Origin: an uncultured Lachnospiraceae bacterium
Lineage (GTDB): Bacteria > Bacillota > Clostridia > Lachnospirales > Lachnospiraceae
Direction of reading: 5' to 3'
Assembly: GCA_947176785.1 (NCBI GenBank)
Contig: CAMWSA010000001.1
Location: forward strand, 1 to 32,678
Length of the DNA stretch: 32,678 nt
In this document: positions 10,766-22,590 of the stretch, piece after piece
How the letters are laid out: each line of letters starts with the position of its first letter
Position numbering within the stretch: position 1 is the stretch's first letter
Notes under the pieces: generated by a model
Told to the model about the DNA's origin: nothing
Databases searched by the model: none
The model's input: only the letters and a program-made list of their open reading frames with translations
Translations under genes and position numbers: made by a program

Positions 10766-10984
10766 ATGTTGAAGCTGAAAATAAGAGATGAATTTATAAA
10801 GCTGGGACAGGCCATGAAGCTGGCCGACCTGGTGGATTCCGGAGTGGAGGCAAAGCTGTTGATTCAGGACGGGCAGGTATTCGTGAACGGGGAAGTGGAA
10901 TACCAGAGAGGCAGGAAGCTCCATGATGGGGATATATTTGAATTTGACGGGTCACAGGTACAGATTGTGGCCCGGGAAGTATAA
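10766..10984 (+). CDS. yaaA: S4-domain RNA-binding protein YaaA
   Basis: EFIKLGQAMKLA..SGVEAK..I.DGQVFVNGEVEYQRGRKL; lies between dnaN and recF. Confidence 0.92.
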   Translation: MLKLKIRDEFIKLGQAMKLADLVDSGVEAKLLIQDGQVFVNGEVEYQRGRKLHDGDIFEFDGSQVQIVAREV

Positions 10985-11001
10985 GGGTATTGGAGCAGAC
11001 T

Positions 11002-12099
11002 ATGATTATTAAATCACTGGAGCTTCAGGATTATCGCAACTATGATTCACTTAACCTGGCGTTTGACAGGGGGACGAATATCCTCTATGGTGACAATGCG
11101 CAGGGTAAGACTAATATTCTGGAAGCAATCTATGTATCGGCTACTACCAAATCGCACAAAGGCAGCAAAGACAGGGATATTGTGAATTTTCATAAAGAGG
11201 AGGCGCATATCCGCACTTTTTTGGAAAAAGACGGGGTGGAAACCCGTGTGGACATGCATCTTAGGAAGAGCAGGTCCAAGGGAATTGCCATAGACGGACA
11301 GAAGCTCAAGAAAGCGGCGGATCTTCTGGGGATTTGTAATGTTGTATTTTTCTCTCCGGAGGATTTGGGCATTATCAAGGACGGCCCTGCGGAGCGCAGG
11401 CGGTTTGTGGATATGGAACTGTGTCAGTTGGACAGTTTTTACCTGTACAATCTGAATCACTATAACAAGATTGTGAATCAGCGCAATAAGCTGCTGAAGG
11501 ATTTGTATTTTAACCCGGATTTAAAGGATACCTTAAATATTTGGGACTCCCAGCTGGTTTCCTTTGGAAGCAAGGTTATAGAGAGGCGGGGGCTTTTTGT
11601 AGAACAGCTCAATGAGATTATCTATGACATTCACAAGAGGCTGTCCGGAGACAGGGAAGAAATCCGCATTCAGTATGAGCCGGATGTGCAGATCGAAGAA
11701 TTCGAAAAGAAATTACAGTACAGCCAGGAAAAGGATATAAAGCTGAAACAGACTACGGTAGGGCCTCACAGGGATGATTTTTGTTTTCTGGTGGGAGATG
11801 TGGATATCCGAAAGTTCGGTTCCCAGGGACAGCAGCGCACCGCTGCCCTGTCCCTGAAGCTTTCGGAGATAGAACTGGTTAAAAAGATTACCAAGGATAC
11901 GCCGATTCTGCTTTTAGACGATGTGCTGTCTGAGCTTGACAGCAACAGGCAGAATTACCTGCTTGGCAGTATAGGGGATATCCAGACAATAATTACCTGT
12001 ACGGGACTGGAAGAATTTGTGAACAACAGGTTTGAGATTGACAGGGTGTATAAAGTGACAAACGGGGTGGTGGAGATTCCTTCCCCTGATCATCTATAG
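11002..12099 (+). CDS. recF: DNA replication/repair protein RecF
   Basis: GDNAQGKTNILEAI, GPAERRRFVD, GPHRDD, GSQGQQRT and LLLDDVLSELD. ATG 11002 has a GGAG RBS. Confidence 0.98.
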   Translation: MIIKSLELQDYRNYDSLNLAFDRGTNILYGDNAQGKTNILEAIYVSATTKSHKGSKDRDIVNFHKEEAHIRTFLEKDGVETRVDMHLRKSRSKGIAIDGQKLKKAADLLGICNVVFFSPEDLGIIKDGPAERRRFVDMELCQLDSFYLYNLNHYNKIVNQRNKLLKDLYFNPDLKDTLNIWDSQLVSFGSKVIERRGLFVEQLNEIIYDIHKRLSGDREEIRIQYEPDVQIEEFEKKLQYSQEKDIKLKQTTVGPHRDDFCFLVGDVDIRKFGSQGQQRTAALSLKLSEIELVKKITKDTPILLLDDVLSELDSNRQNYLLGSIGDIQTIITCTGLEEFVNNRFEIDRVYKVTNGVVEIPSPDHL

Positions 12100-12105
12100 G
12101 AATGA

Positions 12106-14268
<2,163 letters not shown>

Positions 14269-14276
14269 ACAGTTTC

Positions 14277-14380
14277 TATACTTATGAACGATTAGATTTT
14301 CCTTCCTGTACGTCACAGATTGTCCGATTATGCAATATGTGACGTGCAGGAACTGGAAAAGCTTAGCGTCCGTCAGTATA
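14277..14380 (+). repeat. Family A palindromic element, copy A2
   Basis: 104 bp, TATAC...GTATA. Arms TTCCTGTACGTCACA/TGTGACGTGCAGGAA flank the loop TCCGATTATG. Confidence 0.92.
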
Positions 14381-14452
14381 ATTGGCGCAATATCGCAGAC
14401 ACAGCGGGCGTTTGGCCTAAGAGGGCCTGCGATATGCGGGAAAGAGGAAAGT

Positions 14453-17032
14453 ATGCAAGACGATATATTTGACAATGTCCAGGAAGTTGACAAGATACAG
14501 GAGGTGGACCTCAAGGAAAAGATGGAGACCTTCTATATTGACTATGCCATGAGTGTAATCGCTTCCAGAGCGCTTCCTGATGTCAGAGATGGTCTGAAGC
14601 CGGTACAGAGAAGGGTCCTGTATTCCATGATTGAACTGAATAACGGTCCCGACAAGCCGCATCGTAAGTGTGCCCGTATTGTGGGTGATACCATGGGTAA
14701 ATATCATCCCCATGGCGACAGTTCCATCTATGGCGCATTGGTAAATATGGCTCAAGACTGGAATATGCGTTATATTTTGGTGGACGGTCATGGCAATTTT
14801 GGCTCTATGGATGGGGACGGCGCTGCCGCCATGCGTTATACAGAGGCGAGACTGTCTAAGATTTCCATGGAACTGCTGGCAGATATCAATAAAGATACTG
14901 TGGACTTCACTCCCAACTTTGACGATACGGAGAAGGAACCCGTGGTACTGCCCAGCCGTTATCCCAATCTGCTGGTAAACGGTACCACGGGGATTGCGGT
15001 AGGTATGGCCACTAATATTCCGCCTCACAATCTGCGTGAGGTGGTAAAAGCAGTGATTCAGATCATTGACAATCGTGTGGAGGAAAACAGGGAGACCACT
15101 ATAGAGGAGGTCCTGGATATTATCAAGGCACCGGATTTCCCTACCGGAGGGTTAATTCTCGGAACCAGGGGCTGTGACGAGGCTTATCGCACCGGAAGGG
15201 GCAAAATCCGCGTCCGCGCGGTGACGGATATAGAAACCCTGCCCAGCGGAAAGAGCCAGATCATTGTGACAGAATTACCTTATATGGTAAATAAAGCAAA
15301 CCTCATAGTAAAGATCGCGGAGCTTGTGAAGCTGAAAAAGATAGATGGCATTACGGATATCAGAGACGAATCCAACAGGGAAGGCATTCGGGTGGTAATA
15401 GAACTGCGTCGGGATGCCAATTCCAATGTGATCCTGAATCAGCTGTACAAGCATACGCAGCTGCAGGACACCTTCGGCGTGATTATGCTGGCTCTTGTCA
15501 ACAATGAGCCAAAGGTTATGAACCTTTTGGATATGCTGACCTATTATCTTAAGCACCAGGAGGAAGTGGTTACCCGCAGAACCAGGTACGATTTAAACAA
15601 GGCCGAAGAGAGGGACCATATCTTACAGGGCCTGCTGAAAGCACTTGACTTTATTGATGAAGTGATCTCTATTATCCGCAGCAGCCAGAATACCCAGATA
15701 GCCAAGGAGCGCCTGATTGAGCGTTTTGATCTGACGGACATACAGGCCCAGGCCATTGTGGACATGCGCCTGAGGGCACTGACAGGCTTGGAGAGGGAGA
15801 AGCTGGAGGCCGAACATGCGGAACTACAGAAGAAAATACAGGAATATAAAGCAATTCTGGCAGATGAGAAGCTGCTGCTGGGTGTGATCAGGCAGGAAAT
15901 AACCGTGATAGCCGATAAGTACGGGGATGACAGGAGAAGTAAAATTACTTATGATATTACGGATATTTCTATGGAAGATATGATCCCCCATGACAATACC
16001 ATTATAGCCATGACCAGTCTGGGCTATATCAAGCGCATGACGGTGGACAATTTTAAATCCCAGAACCGTGGAGGAAAGGGTATCAAAGGAATGCAGACCA
16101 TAGAGGATGATTACATAGAGGATCTGCTGATAACCAGTACCCACCATTACCTGCATTTCTTCACCAACCTGGGCAGAGTTTACCGTCTGAAGGCTTATGA
16201 GATTCCGGAGGCCGGCAGGACTGCCAGAGGGACGGCTATTGTAAATCTGCTGCAGCTGTTTCCGGGGGAAAAGATTACCGCTATGATTCCCATCAGGGAA
16301 TACAGCCGCGAGAAGAATCTCTTTATGGTGACAAAGGGCGGTATTGTCAAAAAGACTTCTCTGGATGAGTTTTCCAATATCCGAAAGAATGGCCTGGTGG
16401 CTATCAATCTGAGGGAAGAGGATGAACTGATCGAGGTCAAGGCCACAGACGCATCCAGTGAGATCTTCCTGGTGACCAGGCAGGGTATGTGTATTCGCTT
16501 TAAGGAGACAGATGTGCGAAATACAGGCCGCGCGTCCATGGGTGTAATCGGTATGAATCTGTCTGACCAGGATGAAATTGTGGGCATGCAGCTTCAGAGC
16601 CAGGGTGATTCCCTTTTGATTGTCTCCGAGAACGGTATGGGCAAGAGAACGTATCTTGATGAGTTTAATGTACAGCACCGTGGCGGAAAAGGGATTAAAT
16701 GCTATAAAATTACGGAGAAAACGGGAGATGTGATTGGCGTTAAGGCTGTCAATGACGACAATGAGATCATGATGATCACTACTGCCGGTATTATTATACA
16801 GCTGCGCATGGAGGATGTATCCACCTTGAGCAGAATCACCTCCGGCGTTAAACTGATCCAGCTGGAAAAGAATAATAAGGTGGCTCAGATCGCCAAGGTG
16901 AGGGAAAAAATATCCAATGGGGATCAGGAATTCAGTGATGTGAATGATGCTTTGGAGGATATTGCAGAGGCTGATCCGGAAGAATTATACGAAAATGCGC
17001 CGGAGGAAAATCAAGATTATTTTTCTGAGTAA
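14453..17032 (+). CDS. gyrA: DNA gyrase subunit A
   Basis: [33 protein letters not shown] catalytic Tyr, GyrA-box QNRGGKG and acidic tail. Start is ATG 14453 with RBS AAAGAGGA; the ORF-track extension runs through repeat A2. Confidence 0.98.
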   Translation: MQDDIFDNVQEVDKIQEVDLKEKMETFYIDYAMSVIASRALPDVRDGLKPVQRRVLYSMIELNNGPDKPHRKCARIVGDTMGKYHPHGDSSIYGALVNMAQDWNMRYILVDGHGNFGSMDGDGAAAMRYTEARLSKISMELLADINKDTVDFTPNFDDTEKEPVVLPSRYPNLLVNGTTGIAVGMATNIPPHNLREVVKAVIQIIDNRVEENRETTIEEVLDIIKAPDFPTGGLILGTRGCDEAYRTGRGKIRVRAVTDIETLPSGKSQIIVTELPYMVNKANLIVKIAELVKLKKIDGITDIRDESNREGIRVVIELRRDANSNVILNQLYKHTQLQDTFGVIMLALVNNEPKVMNLLDMLTYYLKHQEEVVTRRTRYDLNKAEERDHILQGLLKALDFIDEVISIIRSSQNTQIAKERLIERFDLTDIQAQAIVDMRLRALTGLEREKLEAEHAELQKKIQEYKAILADEKLLLGVIRQEITVIADKYGDDRRSKITYDITDISMEDMIPHDNTIIAMTSLGYIKRMTVDNFKSQNRGGKGIKGMQTIEDDYIEDLLITSTHHYLHFFTNLGRVYRLKAYEIPEAGRTARGTAIVNLLQLFPGEKITAMIPIREYSREKNLFMVTKGGIVKKTSLDEFSNIRKNGLVAINLREEDELIEVKATDASSEIFLVTRQGMCIRFKETDVRNTGRASMGVIGMNLSDQDEIVGMQLQSQGDSLLIVSENGMGKRTYLDEFNVQHRGGKGIKCYKITEKTGDVIGVKAVNDDNEIMMITTAGIIIQLRMEDVSTLSRITSGVKLIQLEKNNKVAQIAKVREKISNGDQEFSDVNDALEDIAEADPEELYENAPEENQDYFSE

Positions 17033-17136
17033 TATACTACTGAACGTTAAAATCTTCCGATTCCCGCATGTCTCATGCTGCATAAGCGGACAACATGGGA
17101 CATGCGGGAGGGAAAAGCTAATCATTCGTGCGTATA
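17033..17136 (-). repeat. Family A palindromic element, copy A3
   Basis: 104 bp, starting immediately after the gyrA TAA. Reverse complement arms CCCGCATGTCCCATGTTG/CAGCATGAGACATGCGGG; loop TCCGCTTATG. Confidence 0.92.
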
Positions 17137-17160
17137 TAAAAAGAAATAAAAAAATGTCAG

Positions 17161-17211
17161 ATGCCGGAAGCTTGAAGGGAAACGGATTTATCAAGCTACC
17201 GGCATTTTATT
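17161..17211 (+). terminator. Probable terminator of the gyrBA transcript
   Basis: ATGCCGG-A-AGCTTGA...TCAAGCT-A-CCGGCAT followed by TTTATTT. Confidence 0.6.
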
Positions 17212-17264
17212 TGGCGGTATTTAGTGGTATTTTTGAAAAAAGTACTTTCCTTTTTATGTGGATG

Positions 17265-17273
17265 TGCTATAAT
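17265..17273 (+). promoter_or_regulatory. Extended -10 promoter element (TGnTATAAT) upstream of the antiporter
   Basis: TGCTATAAT about 115 bp upstream of ATG 17390. Confidence 0.55.
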
Positions 17274-17389
17274 CTGTGTTTGGTACAAATAAAATATAAA
17301 AGAGGTATTGTCGAAAATTTCTGATTTTCGACTGCCGATTATGGCTATAAGGCAGCTAAGCCTGCCTTATGCGGGAAAGAGGTAAGGTC

Positions 17390-18574
17390 ATGGAAGCATG
17401 TAACGTATTTAAAGATCTGGCAATCATTATTATATTTGCCAAAATATTCGGCATTCTTGCCCGCAGGCTGCGGGCCCCTCAGGTGGTGGGGGAGATAGTA
17501 GCGGGACTGATTATAGGCCCCGGTATATTGGGCCTGGTGCAGCAGACGGACTTTCTGGTGCAGATGGCGGAGATCGGAGTGGTGCTGCTGATGTTTTCAG
17601 CAGGTCTGGAGACGGATCTGAAAGAGTTGATGAAAACGGGTCCCATCGCTCTCCTCATTGCCTGTTTCGGCGTGTTTGTACCCCTGGTGGGCGGCACTTT
17701 ATTATATATGGGCTTTTATGGCGCTGCGCCCTGGGGAAGTGAAAATTTTTATAAGGCCGTATTTATAGGTGTGATCATGACGGCTACCAGCGTCAGTATT
17801 ACGGTGGAATCCCTGCGGGAGATGGGCAAGCTGAAAGGAAAGGTGGGCACCACGATTCTCAGCGCCGCCATCATAGATGACGTGATTGGCATTATTGTAC
17901 TCACCTTTGTCATTGGATTTAAGAATCCGGAGTCCAATCCCGGAAAAGTGGTGATTTCCACGATCCTGTTCTTTATCTTTGCTTTTATCGTGGGATTGCT
18001 GTTTTATAAACTTTTTGCGTACATAGATAACAAATATCCCCACACCAGAAGAATTCCCATTATGAGTCTTGCGCTCTGCTTTTTCTTTGCCTTTGCGGCG
18101 GAGAAGTTCTTTGGGATTGCGGATATTACGGGCGCTTATGTGGCAGGCATTGTGCTATGTTCCGTCCGGGATTCCAAGTATATAGAGGAAAAGATGGAGG
18201 TCAATTCCTACATATTGTTTGGACCGGTATTTTTTGCCAGCATTGGGCTAAAAACGAATATCGAAAATGTTAATGCCGGTATCCTGCTGTTTTCTCTTGG
18301 ATTTGTGATTGTGGCCCTTATTACAAAGATTATCGGCTGCGGCCTGATGGCAAGGATATGCGGATTTAAAAATATGGATTCCCTGAAAATCGGTGTGGGC
18401 ATGATGACCCGGGGAGAGGTGGCTCTTATTGTAGCCCAGAAGGGTTTGTCTGTGGGACTGTTGACGCCGGTATATTTCACAGCTGTAATATTATTGATCA
18501 TTGTGTCCAGTATCTCTACGCCAATTATTCTGAAAATATTATATGCGAAGGATAAGGGCGAAGCAGTTGCGTAA
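17390..18574 (+). CDS. CPA2-family monovalent cation/H+ antiporter (NapA-like)
   Basis: Highly hydrophobic with many TM segments; PQVVGEIVAGLIIGP, AEIGVVLLMFSAGLETD, ATSVSIT, AAIIDD and GMMTRGEVAL. ATG 17390 has RBS AGAGGT. Confidence 0.92.
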   Translation: MEACNVFKDLAIIIIFAKIFGILARRLRAPQVVGEIVAGLIIGPGILGLVQQTDFLVQMAEIGVVLLMFSAGLETDLKELMKTGPIALLIACFGVFVPLVGGTLLYMGFYGAAPWGSENFYKAVFIGVIMTATSVSITVESLREMGKLKGKVGTTILSAAIIDDVIGIIVLTFVIGFKNPESNPGKVVISTILFFIFAFIVGLLFYKLFAYIDNKYPHTRRIPIMSLALCFFFAFAAEKFFGIADITGAYVAGIVLCSVRDSKYIEEKMEVNSYILFGPVFFASIGLKTNIENVNAGILLFSLGFVIVALITKIIGCGLMARICGFKNMDSLKIGVGMMTRGEVALIVAQKGLSVGLLTPVYFTAVILLIIVSSISTPIILKILYAKDKGEAVA

Positions 18575-18575
18575 A

Positions 18576-18679
18576 GATCCTCACGAAGGGTTAGGGCTTC
18601 CTTCCAGTGTGTCACATGTTGTCCGATTATGCGGCGCGTGACACACTGGAATTGGGTAATCCTGGCGTTCATAAGTATA
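18576..18679 (+). repeat. Family A palindromic element, copy A4
   Basis: 104 bp; arms TTCCAGTGTGTCAC/GTGACACACTGGAA, loop TCCGATTATG, right end GTATA. Confidence 0.9.
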
Positions 18680-18699
18680 GAAGGCGGACAGAGGCAGGT

Positions 18700-19452
18700 A
18701 TGGATACACAGAAGCAGAGATTTCTGGAAGTCAGGGAGAAGGTACTTGGTGAGGAAAGGCTTCGGGCCGGTATCGGCACCTTATCCGAAAAAACAACCCA
18801 TATGGTCCTGAAAAACTTTTATGAGCCGGATGTGGATAAACAGGAAATTCCCATCGGCAATTATGTGGCGGATATTTTTACCGGACAGGAGATCATAGAG
18901 ATCCAGTCAGCAGGGTTCGGTAAGATGCGGGATAAGCTGGAGGCTTTCCTCCCCGAATATCCTGTGGTAATTGTGCATCCCATCCCCCATATTAAGCGTT
19001 TGATATGGATTGATCAGGAGACAGGCACTCTCAGCGCCCCCCACAGATCTCCCAAAAAGGGGAATGCTTATGACGCGTTTTTGGAGTTATACAGGATTCG
19101 GGATTATCTGGCTGACCGTCATCTGACGGTAAAGCTGCTGTTAATGGAAATGGAGGAATACAAGCTTTTAAACGGTTACGGGAAAAACAGAAAAATCCGT
19201 GCTTCAAAATATGACCGCATTCCTCTGGATATTATAGAAGAAATAGTGATTGAGAGGCCGGAAGATCTGATGCAGTTTGTACCTCTGGAACTGGAAGAGC
19301 CTTTCACGGTGAAACAGTTTGCCAAAGCCGCCCATATAAATGACCGCATGGCCAGCCTGGCTATTAAGCTCTATCAGTATTATGGGATGATGGAGCATAC
19401 GGGAAAGAAGGGGAAAGCATATTTATATGAGACCCGGGAAAAATTGAAATGA
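18700..19452 (+). CDS. Uncharacterised protein: putative PD-(D/E)xK nuclease-like domain plus C-terminal winged HTH
   Basis: E..H..LK...E......ADI......IEIQ pattern resembles the restriction-endonuclease fold. C-terminal PFTVKQFAKAAHI...GMMEHTGKKGKAYLY is wHTH-like. Start is ATG 18700; the upstream extension lies in repeat A4. Confidence 0.6.
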   Translation: MDTQKQRFLEVREKVLGEERLRAGIGTLSEKTTHMVLKNFYEPDVDKQEIPIGNYVADIFTGQEIIEIQSAGFGKMRDKLEAFLPEYPVVIVHPIPHIKRLIWIDQETGTLSAPHRSPKKGNAYDAFLELYRIRDYLADRHLTVKLLLMEMEEYKLLNGYGKNRKIRASKYDRIPLDIIEEIVIERPEDLMQFVPLELEEPFTVKQFAKAAHINDRMASLAIKLYQYYGMMEHTGKKGKAYLYETREKLK

Positions 19453-19468
19453 ACCTGTCATAAATATT

Positions 19469-19571
19469 TATACCGACGACCGATTAGATTTTCCTTTCTG
19501 CACGACACATGTTGCCCGATTATGCAGCATGTGCCGTGCAGGAATTGGATGGACTAATCGGTCGTTGTATA
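19469..19571 (+). repeat. Family A palindromic element, copy A5
   Basis: 103 bp; outer arms ACGACCGATTAG/CTAATCGGTCGT, inner arms CTGCACGACACATGTTG/CAGCATGTGCCGTGCAG, loop CCCGATTATG. Confidence 0.92.
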
Positions 19572-19574
19572 ATA

Positions 19575-19603
19575 TTGCTTTTTTACGATGAATGTGATAT
19601 ACT
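19575..19603 (+). promoter_or_regulatory. SigA-type promoter for the riboswitch leader
   Basis: TTGCTT - 17 bp - TATACT with a TG extension, ~28 nt upstream of riboswitch P1. Confidence 0.65.
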
Positions 19604-19630
19604 TTCCAATGCATAAAGGAAATAAAGAAA

Positions 19631-19960
19631 CATTACAGGTGTCGGATTTAAGTGTTGTATATTCAACGACATTAGATATTACACTTGAAGCCCTGCAAAA
19701 AATGCGTATATGGTTTTAGCAGGAGATGAAAGCAGAAAATTTTATGTCGATTCATATACCGCTTAAGATTCGGTGAAAAGGGAAGCAGGTGCAAGTCCTG
19801 CACGAACTCGTCGCTGTAAGGAAGGAGTTGTCCTTACCGGAGGGTTCCCGTCTTTATGCGCAGGGAAGCTTTCGGAAAGTCATTGAAGTCACTGCATGGG
19901 CATACTTTGAGAAGATGGAGGGCAGCAGGGATATCCAAGTCAGAAGACCTGCCTGTGATG
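19631..19960 (+). ncRNA. Cobalamin (B12) riboswitch with a repeat inserted in P2
   Basis: P1 CATTACAGGT/GCCTGTGATG; core AAAAGGGAAGCAGGTGCAAGTCCTGCACG...CGCTGTAA; CACTG...GAGAAG; B12-box AAGTCAGAAGACCTGCC. Lies upstream of B12-uptake-type genes. Confidence 0.92.
19658..19758. repeat. Family B palindromic element, copy B2 (inside the riboswitch)
   Basis: 101 bp, TATA...TATA, colinear with 4414-4515. Confidence 0.85.
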
Positions 19961-20040
19961 GTACTGTAAGACCACGAGTAACTGGTTAGTACATAAGAAA
20001 ATGTGGGATTTACGTCCACATATACTTTTTGTGCGCACAG

Positions 20041-20082
20041 ACCTGTTGCTGAAGGGAAGCTCTTTCATGCAACAGGTTTTTT
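20041..20082 (+). terminator. Riboswitch expression-platform terminator
   Basis: ACCTGTTGC...GCAACAGGT-TTTTT between the aptamer and ATG 20126. Confidence 0.75.
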
Positions 20083-20125
20083 GTCTCTTTTTATGCGGAA
20101 AATATTATAAAAAGGAGTCAGGAAA

Positions 20126-20536
20126 ATGACAGAAGCAAAGAAAGCAAACAAGAAACTAATGATCGGAGCAGCCGCGCTGGCAGTATTAATTGTGGTATTT
20201 GCAGCCGCGTTTTTACTGTTTCGTCCCAAGACCGCACAGGGGGCCAAAGCAATCACCATTGAAGTTATAGACAATCATGCAGCCTCCACTGTCTATAATG
20301 TGGATACAGATGCGGAGTATCTGCGCCAGGCTATGGAGGAGGCAGACGGGCTTACGTTTTCCGGAAGCGAAAGTGAATATGGCATGATGGTGGAGACGGT
20401 AAACGGCGTGACGGCGGATTGGAATGTGGATCAGTCTTATTGGGGTTTTTTTGTCAATGGAGAATACTGTAATTATGGCATAGATTCCCAACCGGTAGCA
20501 GACGGCGATGCCTTCCAGATCATCTACAGCAAATAA
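20126..20536 (+). CDS. Membrane-anchored DUF4430 (transcobalamin C-terminal-like) protein, probable B12 binder
   Basis: N-terminal TM anchor; GMMVETVNG...YWGFFVNGEYCNYGIDSQPVADGD pattern; first gene under the B12 riboswitch. Confidence 0.8.
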   Translation: MTEAKKANKKLMIGAAALAVLIVVFAAAFLLFRPKTAQGAKAITIEVIDNHAASTVYNVDTDAEYLRQAMEEADGLTFSGSESEYGMMVETVNGVTADWNVDQSYWGFFVNGEYCNYGIDSQPVADGDAFQIIYSK

Positions 20537-20537
20537 G

Positions 20538-21077
20538 ATGAAAAGAGAAAAAGGAAGGAAAAATACCGCATATGACATCGCTGTAATCGGCATGGCCATC
20601 GCTTTGATCGAGGTGTGCAAGGCGGCGATGATGGGACTGCCCAATATTGAACTGACCAGCTTCTGGATTATTATGTTTACCCTGTTTTTTGGAAGAAAAA
20701 TCCTCTTTGTGATTCCGGCCTTTATCCTGATTGAGGGATGTATGTTCGGTTTTGGTATCTGGTGGGTTATGTATCTGTATGCCTGGCCCCTGCTGGCACT
20801 GTTTACATGGATTCTTCGAAAACAGGAGCATGTGCTGTTCTGGGCTGTGCTATCCGGTTTTTACGGATTGCTTTTTGGCGCTTTATGTTCCATACCTTAT
20901 GTGGTAAACGGTTCATTTAACGGAGGCATCAAGTCCGGCCTGTATGCCGGTTTTACCTGGTGGGTAGCGGGTATCCCTTATGATTTGCTGCACTGTGCGG
21001 GAAATTTCTTACTGATGATGGTATTGTATTACCCGGTGAAAACGATGTTTACCAATATAAAGAAATTGATTATATGA
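20538..21077 (+). CDS. ECF transporter S component, CbrT-like (cobalamin)
   Basis: About 6 TM helices; LPNIELTS, FGIWWVMYLYAWP, GLLFGAL and GIPYDLLHCAGN; under the B12 riboswitch. Start ATG 20538. Confidence 0.78.
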   Translation: MKREKGRKNTAYDIAVIGMAIALIEVCKAAMMGLPNIELTSFWIIMFTLFFGRKILFVIPAFILIEGCMFGFGIWWVMYLYAWPLLALFTWILRKQEHVLFWAVLSGFYGLLFGALCSIPYVVNGSFNGGIKSGLYAGFTWWVAGIPYDLLHCAGNFLLMMVLYYPVKTMFTNIKKLII

Positions 21078-21148
21078 TGAAAAAATGACAGTAAACGGCT
21101 TGAAATTACCATTTTGGCAGCTTCATGAGACGGGAAATGACGGGGAAG

Positions 21149-22576
21149 TTAATCTTCCTCGTCATTTTCTTCTGAACGGGGCAGGCTGAAGATGAATTCG
21201 CTGCCCTCCCCGGGTGTGCTGATCACATTGATATGCTCGTTGTGGGAGTGAATGATTTCTCTGGTGATGGATAATCCCAGCCCGGTGCCTTTTTTATCCT
21301 TTCCCCGGGAAATGTCCGATTTGTAAAAGCGGTCCCAGATCAGCTTCAAATCCTCTTTTGGTATGCCGATGCCAGTATCCTTCACGGAGATAAATAGCTT
21401 GTTCTTTTTTTCTGTGGTTTCAACCTTTATAACCGAATTGTGATGGCTGAATTTTATCGCGTTATCAATCAGGTTATACAGTACCTGCTGGATTTTGCTC
21501 ATATCAGCAGTTACATACATGACGTCGTCGGTAAGGACCAGTTCGATGGCAATGCTCTTTTTCAGGCAGGTACCCTCAAAGGAGGCGGCGGTGGAGCGGA
21601 TAACCTGGTTTATGTCAAAGTCGGTTATATCCAACAGCATCCCCTTGGTATTTAAGTTATTCAGAGTAAGCAGGCTGTTGGTAAGCTTGGTCAGCCGTCT
21701 GGTTTCATTTAATACGATGTTCAAATATTTTTCATGAAGCTGCGGCGGTATGGTTCCATCCAGCATGGCCTCCAGATACCCCTGGATGGAGGTAAGGGGG
21801 GAGCGGAAATCATGAGACACATTTGCCACAAATTTTTTCTGATCATCCTCCGACCGGGCGATTTCACTGGCCATATAGGAAAGACAGGCGGCCAGATAGC
21901 CCATTTCATCCTCACTGTCTATGGAGAATTCATAATGCATATTGCCGGTTGCGTACTGTTCCGTGGCATAGGTAATTTTCCGCAGAGGCAGATAGACAAT
22001 CTCGGTAAAAAAAATCAATATGATCAGGGACAGCAAAAAGAGAATGACCAGCGTGATATAGGAGATTGTCAACAGACTGTTGCAGGATTCGTTGATGGAT
22101 GCCATATCCATATGGATCACCACATATCCCTTGACCATATAATTGTTGGTGATAGGTGCGATCACCGACAGCACGTCCTTGGAGTAGACATCGAAAAAAT
22201 TGTCTATCACATAGTAGGAGGTGCCGGTGACAGTTGGATCGAATGCCTCAATAATCACTTCCTTTTCCACATCAATGGGCATGTCAGTATCCAAAATAAG
22301 GCGGCCCGAGGGATTTATAATCTGCACATTGGAATCCAGATATACAGCCAATGCGTCCAGTTGATCCTTCACCGCTTCCAGAGAGATCTCACTGTTATAC
22401 AGGTTTCTGGCGTAGGTGTTGGCGATCAGGGTGGCCTCGGAGTACAGTGAATTGGCCCTCTCCCTGATCAGATGTTCCATGGTCATGCTGGGCACAAAGG
22501 TAGCCAGAATCACCAGGCCGAAAATGCCGAAAATAAGGTATGCCAGCAAAAATTTCAGATATAAGGTTTTTTTCAT
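21149..22576 (-). CDS. Sensor histidine kinase (2 TM, HAMP, HisKA, HATPase)
   Basis: ANVSHDFRSPLTSI H-box, NLIDNAIKF, DTGIGI, RFYK and GTGLGLSI. Confidence 0.95.
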   Translation of the reverse strand: MKKTLYLKFLLAYLIFGIFGLVILATFVPSMTMEHLIRERANSLYSEATLIANTYARNLYNSEISLEAVKDQLDALAVYLDSNVQIINPSGRLILDTDMPIDVEKEVIIEAFDPTVTGTSYYVIDNFFDVYSKDVLSVIAPITNNYMVKGYVVIHMDMASINESCNSLLTISYITLVILFLLSLIILIFFTEIVYLPLRKITYATEQYATGNMHYEFSIDSEDEMGYLAACLSYMASEIARSEDDQKKFVANVSHDFRSPLTSIQGYLEAMLDGTIPPQLHEKYLNIVLNETRRLTKLTNSLLTLNNLNTKGMLLDITDFDINQVIRSTAASFEGTCLKKSIAIELVLTDDVMYVTADMSKIQQVLYNLIDNAIKFSHHNSVIKVETTEKKNKLFISVKDTGIGIPKEDLKLIWDRFYKSDISRGKDKKGTGLGLSITREIIHSHNEHINVISTPGEGSEFIFSLPRSEENDEED

Positions 22577-22590
22577 CAGGGATCACATCC

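Noticed and set aside
14330-14452. 41-aa N-terminal extension of GyrA in the ORF track
   Set aside because: It is read through repeat A2 and the family C hairpin; a good RBS precedes ATG 14453.
18607-18699. 31-aa N-terminal extension of the nuclease-like ORF
   Set aside because: It lies largely within repeat A4; ATG 18700 has its own purine-rich RBS.
17033-19571. Integron cassette array with attC sites
   Set aside because: No RYYYAAC/GTTRRRY cores, mixed orientations, no integrase, and the same repeats occur between core housekeeping genes.
19789-20019. Small ORFs 19789-19989 (+) and 19834-20019 (-)
   Set aside because: They overlap the conserved riboswitch core and show no protein features.
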